DNA from: Flavobacteriales bacterium
GTDB lineage: Bacteria > Bacteroidota > Bacteroidia > Flavobacteriales_F > PHOS-HE28
DNA length: 39,502 nucleotides
Reading direction: 5' to 3'
NCBI GenBank assembly: GCA_044343855.1
Contig: JBIJDX010000002.1
Coordinates: forward strand, 1-39,502
Shown here: positions 7,925 through 16,430 of the stretch, piece by piece
Numbering within the stretch: the first letter of the stretch is position 1
Layout of the letters: each line of letters starts with the position of its first letter
Program-made: the position numbers and the translations under genes
Notes under the pieces: model-generated
What the model was told of the DNA's origin: nothing
Databases searched by the model: none
The model's input: the letters and a program-made list of their open reading frames with translations, nothing else

Positions 7925-8116
7925 GCAGGTTGAACGTGTTCGCCACAGCGTTCGGTTGGAACTGTTCCCATGCGGCATTGACCGAACATGCGGTTCACGC
8001 GTTGCACCGCAGTGCGGAACGCCCTGTCATTGAACTCCTGTACCGGCACCGGCCCATGCACGACGCCAGACCTGCTATCTGAAATGCCGGGTATCGGGTG
8101 AAGTGCATGCAGTGCA

Positions 8117-11100
8117 CTAGCGCTTGCGATGTGACCCGGTATCGCCTTTGGAAGTCGTGTTCCTGCTTGCAACCGCTCCGTGCACCACCTCCTGCACCCT
8201 GGTGCGGATGCCCATGTTAGCCAGCTTATTCTCTGTCGCATTGGGATGAACGCGATTGCTCAGGAAGATGTACACAACGCCCTGCTCCGGATCGGCCCAC
8301 ACCATGGTACCCGTGAAACCGGTGTGTCCGAAGCTCGCATAGCTGACACAGTCGCACGTGGGACCGCCATTGCCTTGGGCCGGACGGTCCCAGCCCAGCG
8401 CACGCCTGTTCCCGCTGCCATCAGGCTTGCAGAATTGGCATTTGGTGAACTCGCCAACCACAGCCTCGGTCAGGTAACGCCTGCCACCATAGGTGCCTTT
8501 GTTCAACAGGAGCTGCATCACCTTGGCAAGGTCGGTGGCACTACCGAAGAGACCCGCATGACCGGCCACGCCACCCTTCAGCGCAGCGCCCTGGTCGTGT
8601 ACATCGCCCTGCAGCTGGCGCTTGCGGAACAGCTGGTCGTTCTCAGTGGGTGCGATGCGGTCCTTGGCAAAACGCTCATAAGGTCGATACCCCAGTGTTG
8701 CGGCACCAAGCGGAACATAGAACTCCAGTTCCACATAACGGTCCAAGGGCATTCCGACCCGCCGCTCGATGAGCTCCTGCAACAGGTAGTAGCCCATGTC
8801 GCTGTAGAGGTAAGTGCCCCTGGCACCCACCGGGGTCTCCAACACCCAGGTCAGGAGGCTGTCGCGATAGGCGTTGTTCAGGTACAGGCCTTCAGCAATG
8901 CGAATTCCATGGGTCCCACTGCTGGTATCGCTCACCGCACCCGGCTTGAATCGACCGTCCGTCAGGATCCTGTTCTGAAAGGGTACGTAGGCCTTCAGGC
9001 CGGCCTGGTGCGTGAGTATGTCGCGCAGGCCCATGCGGGCATGCGAAGGGTAGCGTTCATCCAGCTCGGGCAGGTAATGACCAAGCTGCTTGTCAAGATC
9101 CACCTGCCCCTGGTCCACAAGCTTCATCAGCGCCAACGTGGTGCTGGCCACCTTCGTGATCGACGCCAGGTCGTACAGGTCATCGGTGCGCACCGCACGG
9201 CTGCCCCCATGGGTGGTTGAACCGTAGGCTTTGTCGATGATGACCTGACCATCCACCGCCACAAGCACCTGCGCACCAGGGTAGGCTTTTGCGGCGATGC
9301 CCTCCAGCACGATCCGGTCCATGGCAGCGAACTGGCGGCTCGCGATGCCGAGCTCCTCAGGCATGGTGAAACCCATTCGTCCGCACCCTTGCACCTCCCG
9401 GCCATCACCCTTGCGGTAGAACGAGGAGGCGGTGATCGGCAGCATTCCATCGGCCGAGCGCGCACCGAAGAGCACCTGCGCCACGAGGTCCTGCGTGTCA
9501 TCGGTCTCTTCGTAGGCCACCACCACGGTGGCCAGGTAGTGCGCCCCGGAGGCACGCGCCAACCGATAGGGATTGGCGAAGAGGCAGAAGGTGGTGGGTT
9601 TGCGCGCAGCCACTTCGCGCACGATGTCCATGGAAGTCTCAGGTATGCCGAAGTCCTTGTTGACGCGGTACGAGGTGCCGTGCACGCTCACGATCACCCG
9701 GTCGAACCGCTCCAGCTGGGTGAGCAGTGCGGTGAGCGAATCACGGCGCAGGCTCTTGCCGCAGGCGAAGGTGGTGACGTCGCCGTATCGCTGCAGATGG
9801 CGCTGGAAGGCGTTATCCTGATCGGCACCGATCACCAACGATGCGATGCGATGCCCTTGTAGCGGCTGGAACGGAAGGCTGTTGGAACGATCGTTGAGTA
9901 CGGTGATGGCGGCGCCGTAGAGCCGGCGGCGCAGAAGCTTGGCGCGCTCACTGTTCAGGTCGTCCAGGAGCCCTGGCGTGTTCACCGGGTGGCGCTGACG
10001 GAGCCCGGCCCACTGCTTGGCACGCAGGACCTTGAGGCATTTGTGATCGATCACCAGGGGATCCAGCTCACCGCTCTGCACGGCCTGCTTGATGCGTTCA
10101 ATGGCCTTCACGGGGTCCTGCGGGAAAAGCATCATGTCATTCCCGGCCCGCAGCGCGCGCAGTTCGATCTCCCCAGGCCGCTCCGCATTGGCGACCCCCT
10201 TCATGTTCAATGCATCGGTGAACACCAGCCCACGAAAACCGATCTCACGCTCCAGCAGATCCTGCACGATGGGACGGCTCAACGTGCTCGGCTGCCCCTT
10301 GACGGGATCGAGCGCAGGTACTTCGAGATGACCCACCATCATCGCGGAAAGCCCTTCGTCCACCAAACGCTGGAAGGGATAAAGCTCCATGGAATCCAGC
10401 CGGGTGCGGCTGTGGGCGATCAGGGGCAGCCCGTAGTGGGAATCGGTATCAGTGTCGCCGTGACCGGGGAAGTGCTTGGCAGTCGCGATGACCCCACCCT
10501 GCTGCAGGCCACGCATATAGGCAATGCCCTTGCGCGCCACCAGCTCGCGGTCCTCACCGAAGCTGCGGTCATTGATGACCGGGTTGGCCGGATTGTTGTT
10601 CACATCAACCACGGGACTGAAGCTCACATGCACCCCCAAGCGCTTCATCTGCCGGGCGATCTCAACGCCCATATCCGTTATCAGCGCATCGTCACGCAGG
10701 GCGCCGAGTGTCATCTGCCTCGGATAGCGGATCGAGCTGTCCAATCGCATGGCCAACCCCCACTCAAGGTCCATGCCGATGAGGAGCGGGGTGGCTGCCG
10801 CTGCCTGGTAGCGATCCGTAAGGCGTGCCTGGCGCTGTGGACCACCCTGGAAGAAGATCAACCCGCCGATATTCCGGTCACGTACAAGCCCCTCGATCTC
10901 CGCCTCGTGCTTCGCATCCTTGTTGGAGTAAGCCGCCACCATCATCAATTGGGCTATGCGCTGGTCAAGGGACAGGGTGCTCAGTACCGAATCGGCCCAG
11001 AACGTATCATCCGCCAGGAACGGCGGTGGCTGCCCGTTTACACGTCCGTTGGGTGGTGAAGTGCCCAGGTTGAGCAGTGCAAGCGGTAGGAGGAGGAGGA

Positions 11101-11119
11101 CCTTGCGTGTTGGTTGCAT
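8117..11119 (-). CDS. bifunctional-type glycoside hydrolase family 3 (NagZ-like beta-N-acetylglucosaminidase) / serine beta-lactamase-fold (PBP/esterase) protein
   Basis: The track start at 11131 is GTG. The ATG at 11119 gives the signal peptide MQPTRKVLLLLPLALLNLG. The GH3 N-domain shows KHFPGHGDTDTDSH and GLVFTDALNMKG. The C-terminal beta-lactamase fold shows SxxK (ASITKV), YSD and HTG (FGHTGFTG). Confidence 0.9.
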   Translation of the reverse strand: MQPTRKVLLLLPLALLNLGTSPPNGRVNGQPPPFLADDTFWADSVLSTLSLDQRIAQLMMVAAYSNKDAKHEAEIEGLVRDRNIGGLIFFQGGPQRQARLTDRYQAAAATPLLIGMDLEWGLAMRLDSSIRYPRQMTLGALRDDALITDMGVEIARQMKRLGVHVSFSPVVDVNNNPANPVINDRSFGEDRELVARKGIAYMRGLQQGGVIATAKHFPGHGDTDTDSHYGLPLIAHSRTRLDSMELYPFQRLVDEGLSAMMVGHLEVPALDPVKGQPSTLSRPIVQDLLEREIGFRGLVFTDALNMKGVANAERPGEIELRALRAGNDMMLFPQDPVKAIERIKQAVQSGELDPLVIDHKCLKVLRAKQWAGLRQRHPVNTPGLLDDLNSERAKLLRRRLYGAAITVLNDRSNSLPFQPLQGHRIASLVIGADQDNAFQRHLQRYGDVTTFACGKSLRRDSLTALLTQLERFDRVIVSVHGTSYRVNKDFGIPETSMDIVREVAARKPTTFCLFANPYRLARASGAHYLATVVVAYEETDDTQDLVAQVLFGARSADGMLPITASSFYRKGDGREVQGCGRMGFTMPEELGIASRQFAAMDRIVLEGIAAKAYPGAQVLVAVDGQVIIDKAYGSTTHGGSRAVRTDDLYDLASITKVASTTLALMKLVDQGQVDLDKQLGHYLPELDERYPSHARMGLRDILTHQAGLKAYVPFQNRILTDGRFKPGAVSDTSSGTHGIRIAEGLYLNNAYRDSLLTWVLETPVGARGTYLYSDMGYYLLQELIERRVGMPLDRYVELEFYVPLGAATLGYRPYERFAKDRIAPTENDQLFRKRQLQGDVHDQGAALKGGVAGHAGLFGSATDLAKVMQLLLNKGTYGGRRYLTEAVVGEFTKCQFCKPDGSGNRRALGWDRPAQGNGGPTCDCVSYASFGHTGFTGTMVWADPEQGVVYIFLSNRVHPNATENKLANMGIRTRVQEVVHGAVASRNTTSKGDTGSHRKR

Positions 11120-11279
11120 GGCTGGTGGCACGAAACTACGGGGGGCCCAGGGGGGGCTACAGCGAAGAACGGGCCAGTTTTGAACAAGTCTGCGGTGGCA
11201 GCCATTGTGTCAACGGCATGGAGGCCGGTCTTCGTGCTTGCCCGTGCGAAACCGACCAAAGGATCGCGTGCCTCTGTCG

Positions 11280-11287
11280 TACCTTTG
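11280..11287 (+). promoter_or_regulatory. candidate Bacteroidota sigma-A -7 box (TACCTTTG = TAnnTTTG)
   Basis: Exact TAnnTTTG match 12 nt upstream of the ATG at 11299, in the divergent intergenic region between the GH3 fusion gene and the mutL operon. Confidence 0.45.
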
Positions 11288-11298
11288 TAAGGCAAGGC

Positions 11299-11610
11299 AT
11301 GAACGCTCCCAAGCTCCCAGCCCGGTTCAGTTTGTTCAAGCAACGCGGACCGCGTAGCTTCGATCCGCCTACGCGGTACTACGATGCGGAGGCCGAGTCC
11401 CGTGCCGAACGGCTGAAACAGGCGCGGGAGCGCGGTACGCAGGAGGCGTTATTGAGCCGGGACCGTGCCCGACTCAGCCAGCGGATGAGGCATAGCTGGC
11501 AGCGGCAGCACCACGACAATGGACGCACCGTGCGGTTGGCGATGATCTTGGTGGGGGTGAGCGCGGTGGTGTTGTTCCTGATGCGCGGCTTCGGGCTGCT
11601 CAACCTCTGA
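11299..11610 (+). CDS. hypothetical basic protein with C-terminal transmembrane anchor
   Basis: Internal ATG of track ORF 11077..11610. The 103 aa are Arg/Gln-rich and probably helical, ending in the TM segment VRLAMILVGVSAVVLFLMRGFGLL. The stop TGA (11608..11610) lies 1 nt before the mutL ATG (11612). Confidence 0.5.
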   Translation: MNAPKLPARFSLFKQRGPRSFDPPTRYYDAEAESRAERLKQARERGTQEALLSRDRARLSQRMRHSWQRQHHDNGRTVRLAMILVGVSAVVLFLMRGFGLLNL

Positions 11611-11611
11611 G

Positions 11612-13432
11612 ATGGCCGATATCATCCGACTCCTGCCCGACCATGTGGCCAACCAGATCGCCGCGGGCGAGGTGGTGCAACGGCCTGCCAGCGTGGTCAA
11701 GGAACTGTTGGAGAACAGTGTTGACGCCGAGGCCACGCACATCGTGCTGGTCGTGAAGGACGCAGGGCGCACCCTGGTGCAGGTGAGCGATGATGGCAGG
11801 GGCATGAGCCCCGGCGATGCACGGTTGTGCTTCGAGCGCCACGCCACCAGCAAGATCCGCCTCGCCGAAGACCTGAATGCTGTGCGCACCAAAGGATTCC
11901 GCGGGGAGGCTCTGGCGAGCATCGCGGCCATCGCCCAGGTGGAACTTCGCAGCCGCGAACACGGGGAGGAGCTGGGCACCCGCTTGCTGATGGAAGGCGG
12001 GAAGGTGCGCACGCAGGAACCGATGGCCTGCGCACAAGGCACCACGATCGCCGTGCGCAGCCTGTTCTACAATGTGCCGGCACGCCGCCAGTTCCTGAAG
12101 AGCGATGGCGTGGAATTGCGACATGTCATCGATGAGTTCCATCGATTGGCACTTGCGCATCCGGATATCGGGTTCCAACTGGTTCACAACGAGCACGAGG
12201 AGTTCAACCTGCCGCGAGGCACGGGTCCCGGTGCGCTGCGCCAGCGCATCGTGGGCCTCTATGGCCGGAAGCACGATGAACGGCTGGTACCAGTGGAAGA
12301 ACGCACCGAGCTCGTGACCGTGCAGGGCTTCGTAGGCAAGCCTGAATACGCGAGGCGCACGAGGGGCGAGCAGTACTTCTTCGTTAACCAGCGCTTCATC
12401 CGCAGCAGCTACCTGGAGCACGCGGTGCGCAAGGCTTACGAAGAGCTGGTTGCGCGCGACACGCATCCGGGCTGGTTCCTGCGCATCGAACTGGACCCGG
12501 CGCAGATCGACATCAACATCCACCCCACCAAAACGGAGATCAAGTTCCGCGATGACCGCATGGTTTACGCCATCGTACACGCGGCCGTGCGGCGCGCGCT
12601 GGGCCGCTTCAACATCGTACCCAGCCTTGATTTCGAACCGGAACCCGCCTTACTGGCCGCACAGACGACCATGGGCACCGACAGGGCGCCGGCGTGGCGG
12701 CCCACGGACCTGAGCGCCTTCACCGCACCACCACGGCCCAGTCCCGAGGGTTGGCAGCAGCTGTTCCAATTGGGCATGGTAACGCCCGCCGAGGAGGAAA
12801 CCATAGCCACCCGCACCGTGCCGCACTCCCGGGTGATGCCCATGCGCGAACAGGAGGCGCCCGATGGTGAGCGACCGGTGTTCCAATTGCATGGCCGCTA
12901 CATCATGGCCCAACTGCGCAGCGGATTGCTGGTCGTGGACCAACAACGGGCGCACGAACGCATACTTTATGAACGCAACCTGAAACTGCTGCAACAGGGC
13001 GCGGGGCTTAGCCAGACAGAGCTGTTCCCCCGACACCTGGAACTGAGCGCCACGGACCTGGCCCTGGTGGAAGAGGTGCTCCAGGACCTGCGTTGCATGG
13101 GGTTCGATCTCGAGCTGTTCGGAGGACGCACCATCCAGGTGAACGGCATGCCCGCCGAGGCTGCGGACGAGGATCCCGGACACCTGCTCGAGTCCCTGTT
13201 GGAACAACTGAAGCGTGAGCGTGGCGTACTGCACAATGAGCGGCACAAGGTGTTGGCCCGAAGCATGGCCAAGAGCATGGCCATCCGCCCGGGCCGCGTA
13301 CTGGGCGTGGCCGAGATGCACGACCTCATCGACCGGCTCTTCGCCTGCGAAAGCCCCCAACACACGCCCATGGGCAAGCCCACGCTCATCACCTACGGGC
13401 TGGATGAGCTGGCCGATCGTTTCGATCGGTAA
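11612..13432 (+). CDS. mutL: DNA mismatch repair protein MutL
   Basis: The N-terminal GHKL ATPase region reads IRLLPDHVANQIAAGEVVQRPASVVKELLENSVDA, DDGRGM and GFRGEALASI. A C-terminal dimerisation/endonuclease domain follows. 606 aa. Confidence 0.97.
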   Translation: MADIIRLLPDHVANQIAAGEVVQRPASVVKELLENSVDAEATHIVLVVKDAGRTLVQVSDDGRGMSPGDARLCFERHATSKIRLAEDLNAVRTKGFRGEALASIAAIAQVELRSREHGEELGTRLLMEGGKVRTQEPMACAQGTTIAVRSLFYNVPARRQFLKSDGVELRHVIDEFHRLALAHPDIGFQLVHNEHEEFNLPRGTGPGALRQRIVGLYGRKHDERLVPVEERTELVTVQGFVGKPEYARRTRGEQYFFVNQRFIRSSYLEHAVRKAYEELVARDTHPGWFLRIELDPAQIDINIHPTKTEIKFRDDRMVYAIVHAAVRRALGRFNIVPSLDFEPEPALLAAQTTMGTDRAPAWRPTDLSAFTAPPRPSPEGWQQLFQLGMVTPAEEETIATRTVPHSRVMPMREQEAPDGERPVFQLHGRYIMAQLRSGLLVVDQQRAHERILYERNLKLLQQGAGLSQTELFPRHLELSATDLALVEEVLQDLRCMGFDLELFGGRTIQVNGMPAEAADEDPGHLLESLLEQLKRERGVLHNERHKVLARSMAKSMAIRPGRVLGVAEMHDLIDRLFACESPQHTPMGKPTLITYGLDELADRFDR

Positions 13433-13503
13433 CCCCGCCAACCCGCATCGTACCTTCGCAGCCTCATGACCGGTGGAACCACGCCGGGCAACGGACCACC
13501 TCC

Positions 13504-14244
13504 ATGCGCATGGATGCCAACCCCTTCGCCGGATTGCCGGTGGTTGTCAAGAACCTGCTCATCATCAACGTACTGCTCTTCCTTGTAAAGGTCACCGGTC
13601 TCGGCAACTGGGGAGGAGCGGACATGGACACCCACCTTGGCCTGCACTACTTCAGTTCACCCAATTTCCGTCCATGGCAACTGGTAACGCATATGTTCAT
13701 GCACGGTGGCACCGCCCACCTCTTCCTGAACATGCTCGGCCTGTACATGCTCGCGCCACCGCTGGAGTACAAATGGGGAAGCCAACGCTTCCTCACGTTC
13801 TACATGATAACCGGTGTGGGTGCCGCGCTCTTCTACAGCGGAGCCCACTACATCGACTACGCGGAACTGCGCGCACTGCTCAGCCCGGAGCAGTACCAAC
13901 AGGTATTGGGAGAAGGTGGTGACCTGTGGGCCGGCGGGCGCAACTACGTGGATGCGGACATGGGGCGCCTCAATGCACTGCTGAACACCCCCATGGTGGG
14001 TGCTTCAGGTGCGATCTACGGGGTGCTGCTCGCCTTCGGAATGACCTTCCCCAACGTGGAACTGATGGTATTCCCGATCTTCATCCCCATCAAGGCCAAA
14101 TACTTCGTGTTGATCTACGGGGCCATCACCGTTTACATGAGCCTGCAGCACGACCCGGACGATAACGTGGCGCACCTGGCGCATCTCGGAGGGATGGTGG
14201 TCGGTTATGTGCTCATCCAGCTCTGGCGACAGCGTGGGCAATGA
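13504..14244 (+). CDS. rhomboid-family intramembrane serine protease
   Basis: Six TM helices. Catalytic GxSG (MVGASGAIYGVLLAFG), catalytic His (AHLAHLGGMVVG), and the HMFMHGG..HLF.NM motif. Confidence 0.9.
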   Translation: MRMDANPFAGLPVVVKNLLIINVLLFLVKVTGLGNWGGADMDTHLGLHYFSSPNFRPWQLVTHMFMHGGTAHLFLNMLGLYMLAPPLEYKWGSQRFLTFYMITGVGAALFYSGAHYIDYAELRALLSPEQYQQVLGEGGDLWAGGRNYVDADMGRLNALLNTPMVGASGAIYGVLLAFGMTFPNVELMVFPIFIPIKAKYFVLIYGAITVYMSLQHDPDDNVAHLAHLGGMVVGYVLIQLWRQRGQ

Positions 14245-14355
14245 AACACCCGACCAGCTCCGATCACCGCTCAATGAGACTTCCCAACGAAGGCAGTGCA
14301 GTGCGACCTTTGCACGGGAGCGGAGGCGAAGCGTGAACGGCACCTTCCTGAAGAG

Positions 14356-15267
14356 ATGAGCATAACGGACGACCTGCGGATGCAATGGCGGATGGGGGGC
14401 ATGACGGTGCGCCTGATCCTTGTCAACGTGGGGGTTTTCGTGGCCTTGGTGCTGCTCAAGGTACTGCTCCTTCCCATGGCCGGCAGCGGAGCGGCCGCCG
14501 ACGCGCTGCGCGACACCTATGTGGTCCAATGGCTTCGGTCCACAGCCGACCCCGCTGCCCTGCTGACCCGGCCATGGACGGTGGTGACCTACATGTTCAC
14601 CCATACCGGTCTGGGGCACGTCTTCTGGAACATGGTGCTGCTGTGGTTCGGCGGAAGGCTGTTCCAGGACCTGCTGGGTGGCAGGCGCCTATTGGGCTAC
14701 TACCTGCTCTCCGGACTGAGCGGCATGGCCCTTTTCGTGGCGGTCCAATGGCTGCTGCCCGGGCTGCACGGCATGGGGCACGGCCTGGGGATCATGGGGG
14801 CTTCGGCAAGCGCCCTCGGGGTGTTCATGGGGATCGCCGCCTATCGTCCCGACATGCCGGTCCACCTGATCATCATCGGTCCCGTGAAATTGGTCTACGT
14901 GGCCGCGTTCTTCCTGCTCCTGGACCTTGTGGGCATCGGAAGCGGCGATGGTGTCGCGCACGAAGCCCACATCGGAGGTGCCCTGTTCGGCATCGTGGCA
15001 TCCCTGCGACTGAAGAAAGGCAACGACCCCGCCATGGGTCTCATGAACTTGCTGGACCGCGCGGCCGGCCTGTTCGGACGATCAAATGGACGCCCGCGGA
15101 TGAAAGTGGCCAAGCATGCCGCAACAGGCCCGCGACCCGTGCGCACCGGAGCCCAGGACATGCAGACCCGCATCGACGCCATACTGGACAAGATCTCGCG
15201 CAGTGGCTATGACAGCCTCACCAAGCAGGAGAAGGACCTGCTTTTCAAGGCGAGCGGGCGCAACTGA
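14356..15267 (+). CDS. rhomboid-family intramembrane serine protease (paralogue with cytoplasmic C-terminal tail)
   Basis: Start set at the internal ATG 14356 (MSITDDL...). Motifs YMFTHTGLGHVFWNM, GASASALGVFMG (the Ser motif) and HEAHIGGALFG. An extra C-terminal segment of about 70 aa ends IDAILDKISRSGYDSLTKQEKDLLFKASG. Confidence 0.85.
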   Translation: MSITDDLRMQWRMGGMTVRLILVNVGVFVALVLLKVLLLPMAGSGAAADALRDTYVVQWLRSTADPAALLTRPWTVVTYMFTHTGLGHVFWNMVLLWFGGRLFQDLLGGRRLLGYYLLSGLSGMALFVAVQWLLPGLHGMGHGLGIMGASASALGVFMGIAAYRPDMPVHLIIIGPVKLVYVAAFFLLLDLVGIGSGDGVAHEAHIGGALFGIVASLRLKKGNDPAMGLMNLLDRAAGLFGRSNGRPRMKVAKHAATGPRPVRTGAQDMQTRIDAILDKISRSGYDSLTKQEKDLLFKASGRN

Positions 15268-16425
15268 ATGGAGCAGGACATGGAAGCGACCGCACCGGAA
15301 GCTACGCAGCGCAAGAGACCATCGCGCTGGCTGCTGCCACTCTGGTGGGCCAATGTGCTGGCGGTACTGGTGCTTCTCCTCACCTACCTGGCACCGCATG
15401 TGAGCCCGACCCACGTTTGGTGGCTCTCGCTGCTGGCACTCTCCTACCCCTTCCAACTGATCATCCATGCAGGCTTCATCCTCTGGTGGTCGCTCTTCAG
15501 GCCCAAGCGTGTCATTCCATCTGCCTTCGCAGTGCTGATCGGATGGGCACATGTGACGGATCATGTGCAGCTGATGGGGAGGAATGAACCGGCCACCGAT
15601 ACTGGTACAACAGCCGTGAAACTGCTTTCCTACAACGTACGTCTCTTCGACCTCTACAACTGGAGTGGCAGCAAAACGTCACGGGATAGCATGTTCGCAT
15701 TCTTTGAGCGCGAACAGGCTGACATCCTATGCCTGCAGGAGTATTTCCATCGCGATTCAGGCAAACCGTTCCAGACGGGCAGCGCATTGGTGAAGGACCT
15801 CGGGTACATCCACTTCCACGAGGTGTTCACCAAGCGCACCAGCCGGGGTCAACAATTCGGCATTGCCACCTTCAGCAAGCACCCGATCCTTGCCCATGGT
15901 CTCGTGGACCTCGGGATCCGCACCAACAACCAATGCATCTGGACCGACATTCTGCTGGCGGATGATACGGTGCGGGTGTACAACGCCCACCTTGCGTCCT
16001 ACCATTTCGGGGGTGCGGAACACCGGTTCCTTGAGCAGCTTGACGCGGATACCGACAGCGATACGCTCAAGCGTGGTGGCCTGCGCATCCTGAAGCTGCT
16101 CCGTCGGGGCATGCGGCAGCGGGCGGTCGAGGTGGATCGCATCGCTGCGCATATCCGCGAAAGCCCCCATCCAGTGGTGTACTGCGGCGATATGAACGAT
16201 GTGCCGATGAGCTACGGCTACGGCCTGCTCAGGGAAACCCTGCTCGACGCCTTCGTGGAAAGCGGACGTGGACTCGGCGGCACATACATCGGCAACCTTC
16301 CCAGCTTCCGGATCGACCATATCATGCATGGCGCATCATTCGACAGCTGGGGCTTTCGAACGCATCCTGAATCATTCAGTGACCACCACCCGGTGAGCTG
16401 CATGCTTGCCATAACCCGGGATTAA
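15268..16425 (+). CDS. endonuclease/exonuclease/phosphatase (EEP) family protein with N-terminal membrane segments
   Basis: TGAATG junction with the upstream rhomboid gene. The N-terminus has 3 TM helices. EEP motifs follow: LLSYNVRLFD, ADILCLQEY, VYNAHL, GDMND, RIDHIM and SDHHPV. Confidence 0.85.
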   Translation: MEQDMEATAPEATQRKRPSRWLLPLWWANVLAVLVLLLTYLAPHVSPTHVWWLSLLALSYPFQLIIHAGFILWWSLFRPKRVIPSAFAVLIGWAHVTDHVQLMGRNEPATDTGTTAVKLLSYNVRLFDLYNWSGSKTSRDSMFAFFEREQADILCLQEYFHRDSGKPFQTGSALVKDLGYIHFHEVFTKRTSRGQQFGIATFSKHPILAHGLVDLGIRTNNQCIWTDILLADDTVRVYNAHLASYHFGGAEHRFLEQLDADTDSDTLKRGGLRILKLLRRGMRQRAVEVDRIAAHIRESPHPVVYCGDMNDVPMSYGYGLLRETLLDAFVESGRGLGGTYIGNLPSFRIDHIMHGASFDSWGFRTHPESFSDHHPVSCMLAITRD

Positions 16426-16430
16426 GGCCG

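Noticed and set aside
7925-8116. Terminator structures in the 192-bp convergent gap between the SIMPL-like gene and the GH3 fusion gene, for example the imperfect hairpin GCGTTGCAC-CGCA-GTGCGGAACGC at 7999..8022 and the TGCATGCA / GTGCAC palindromes near 8104..8118.
   Set aside because: The stems are short (4-5 bp) or bulged, and no U-tract follows. They are not distinguishable from chance palindromes in GC-rich DNA without an energy calculation.
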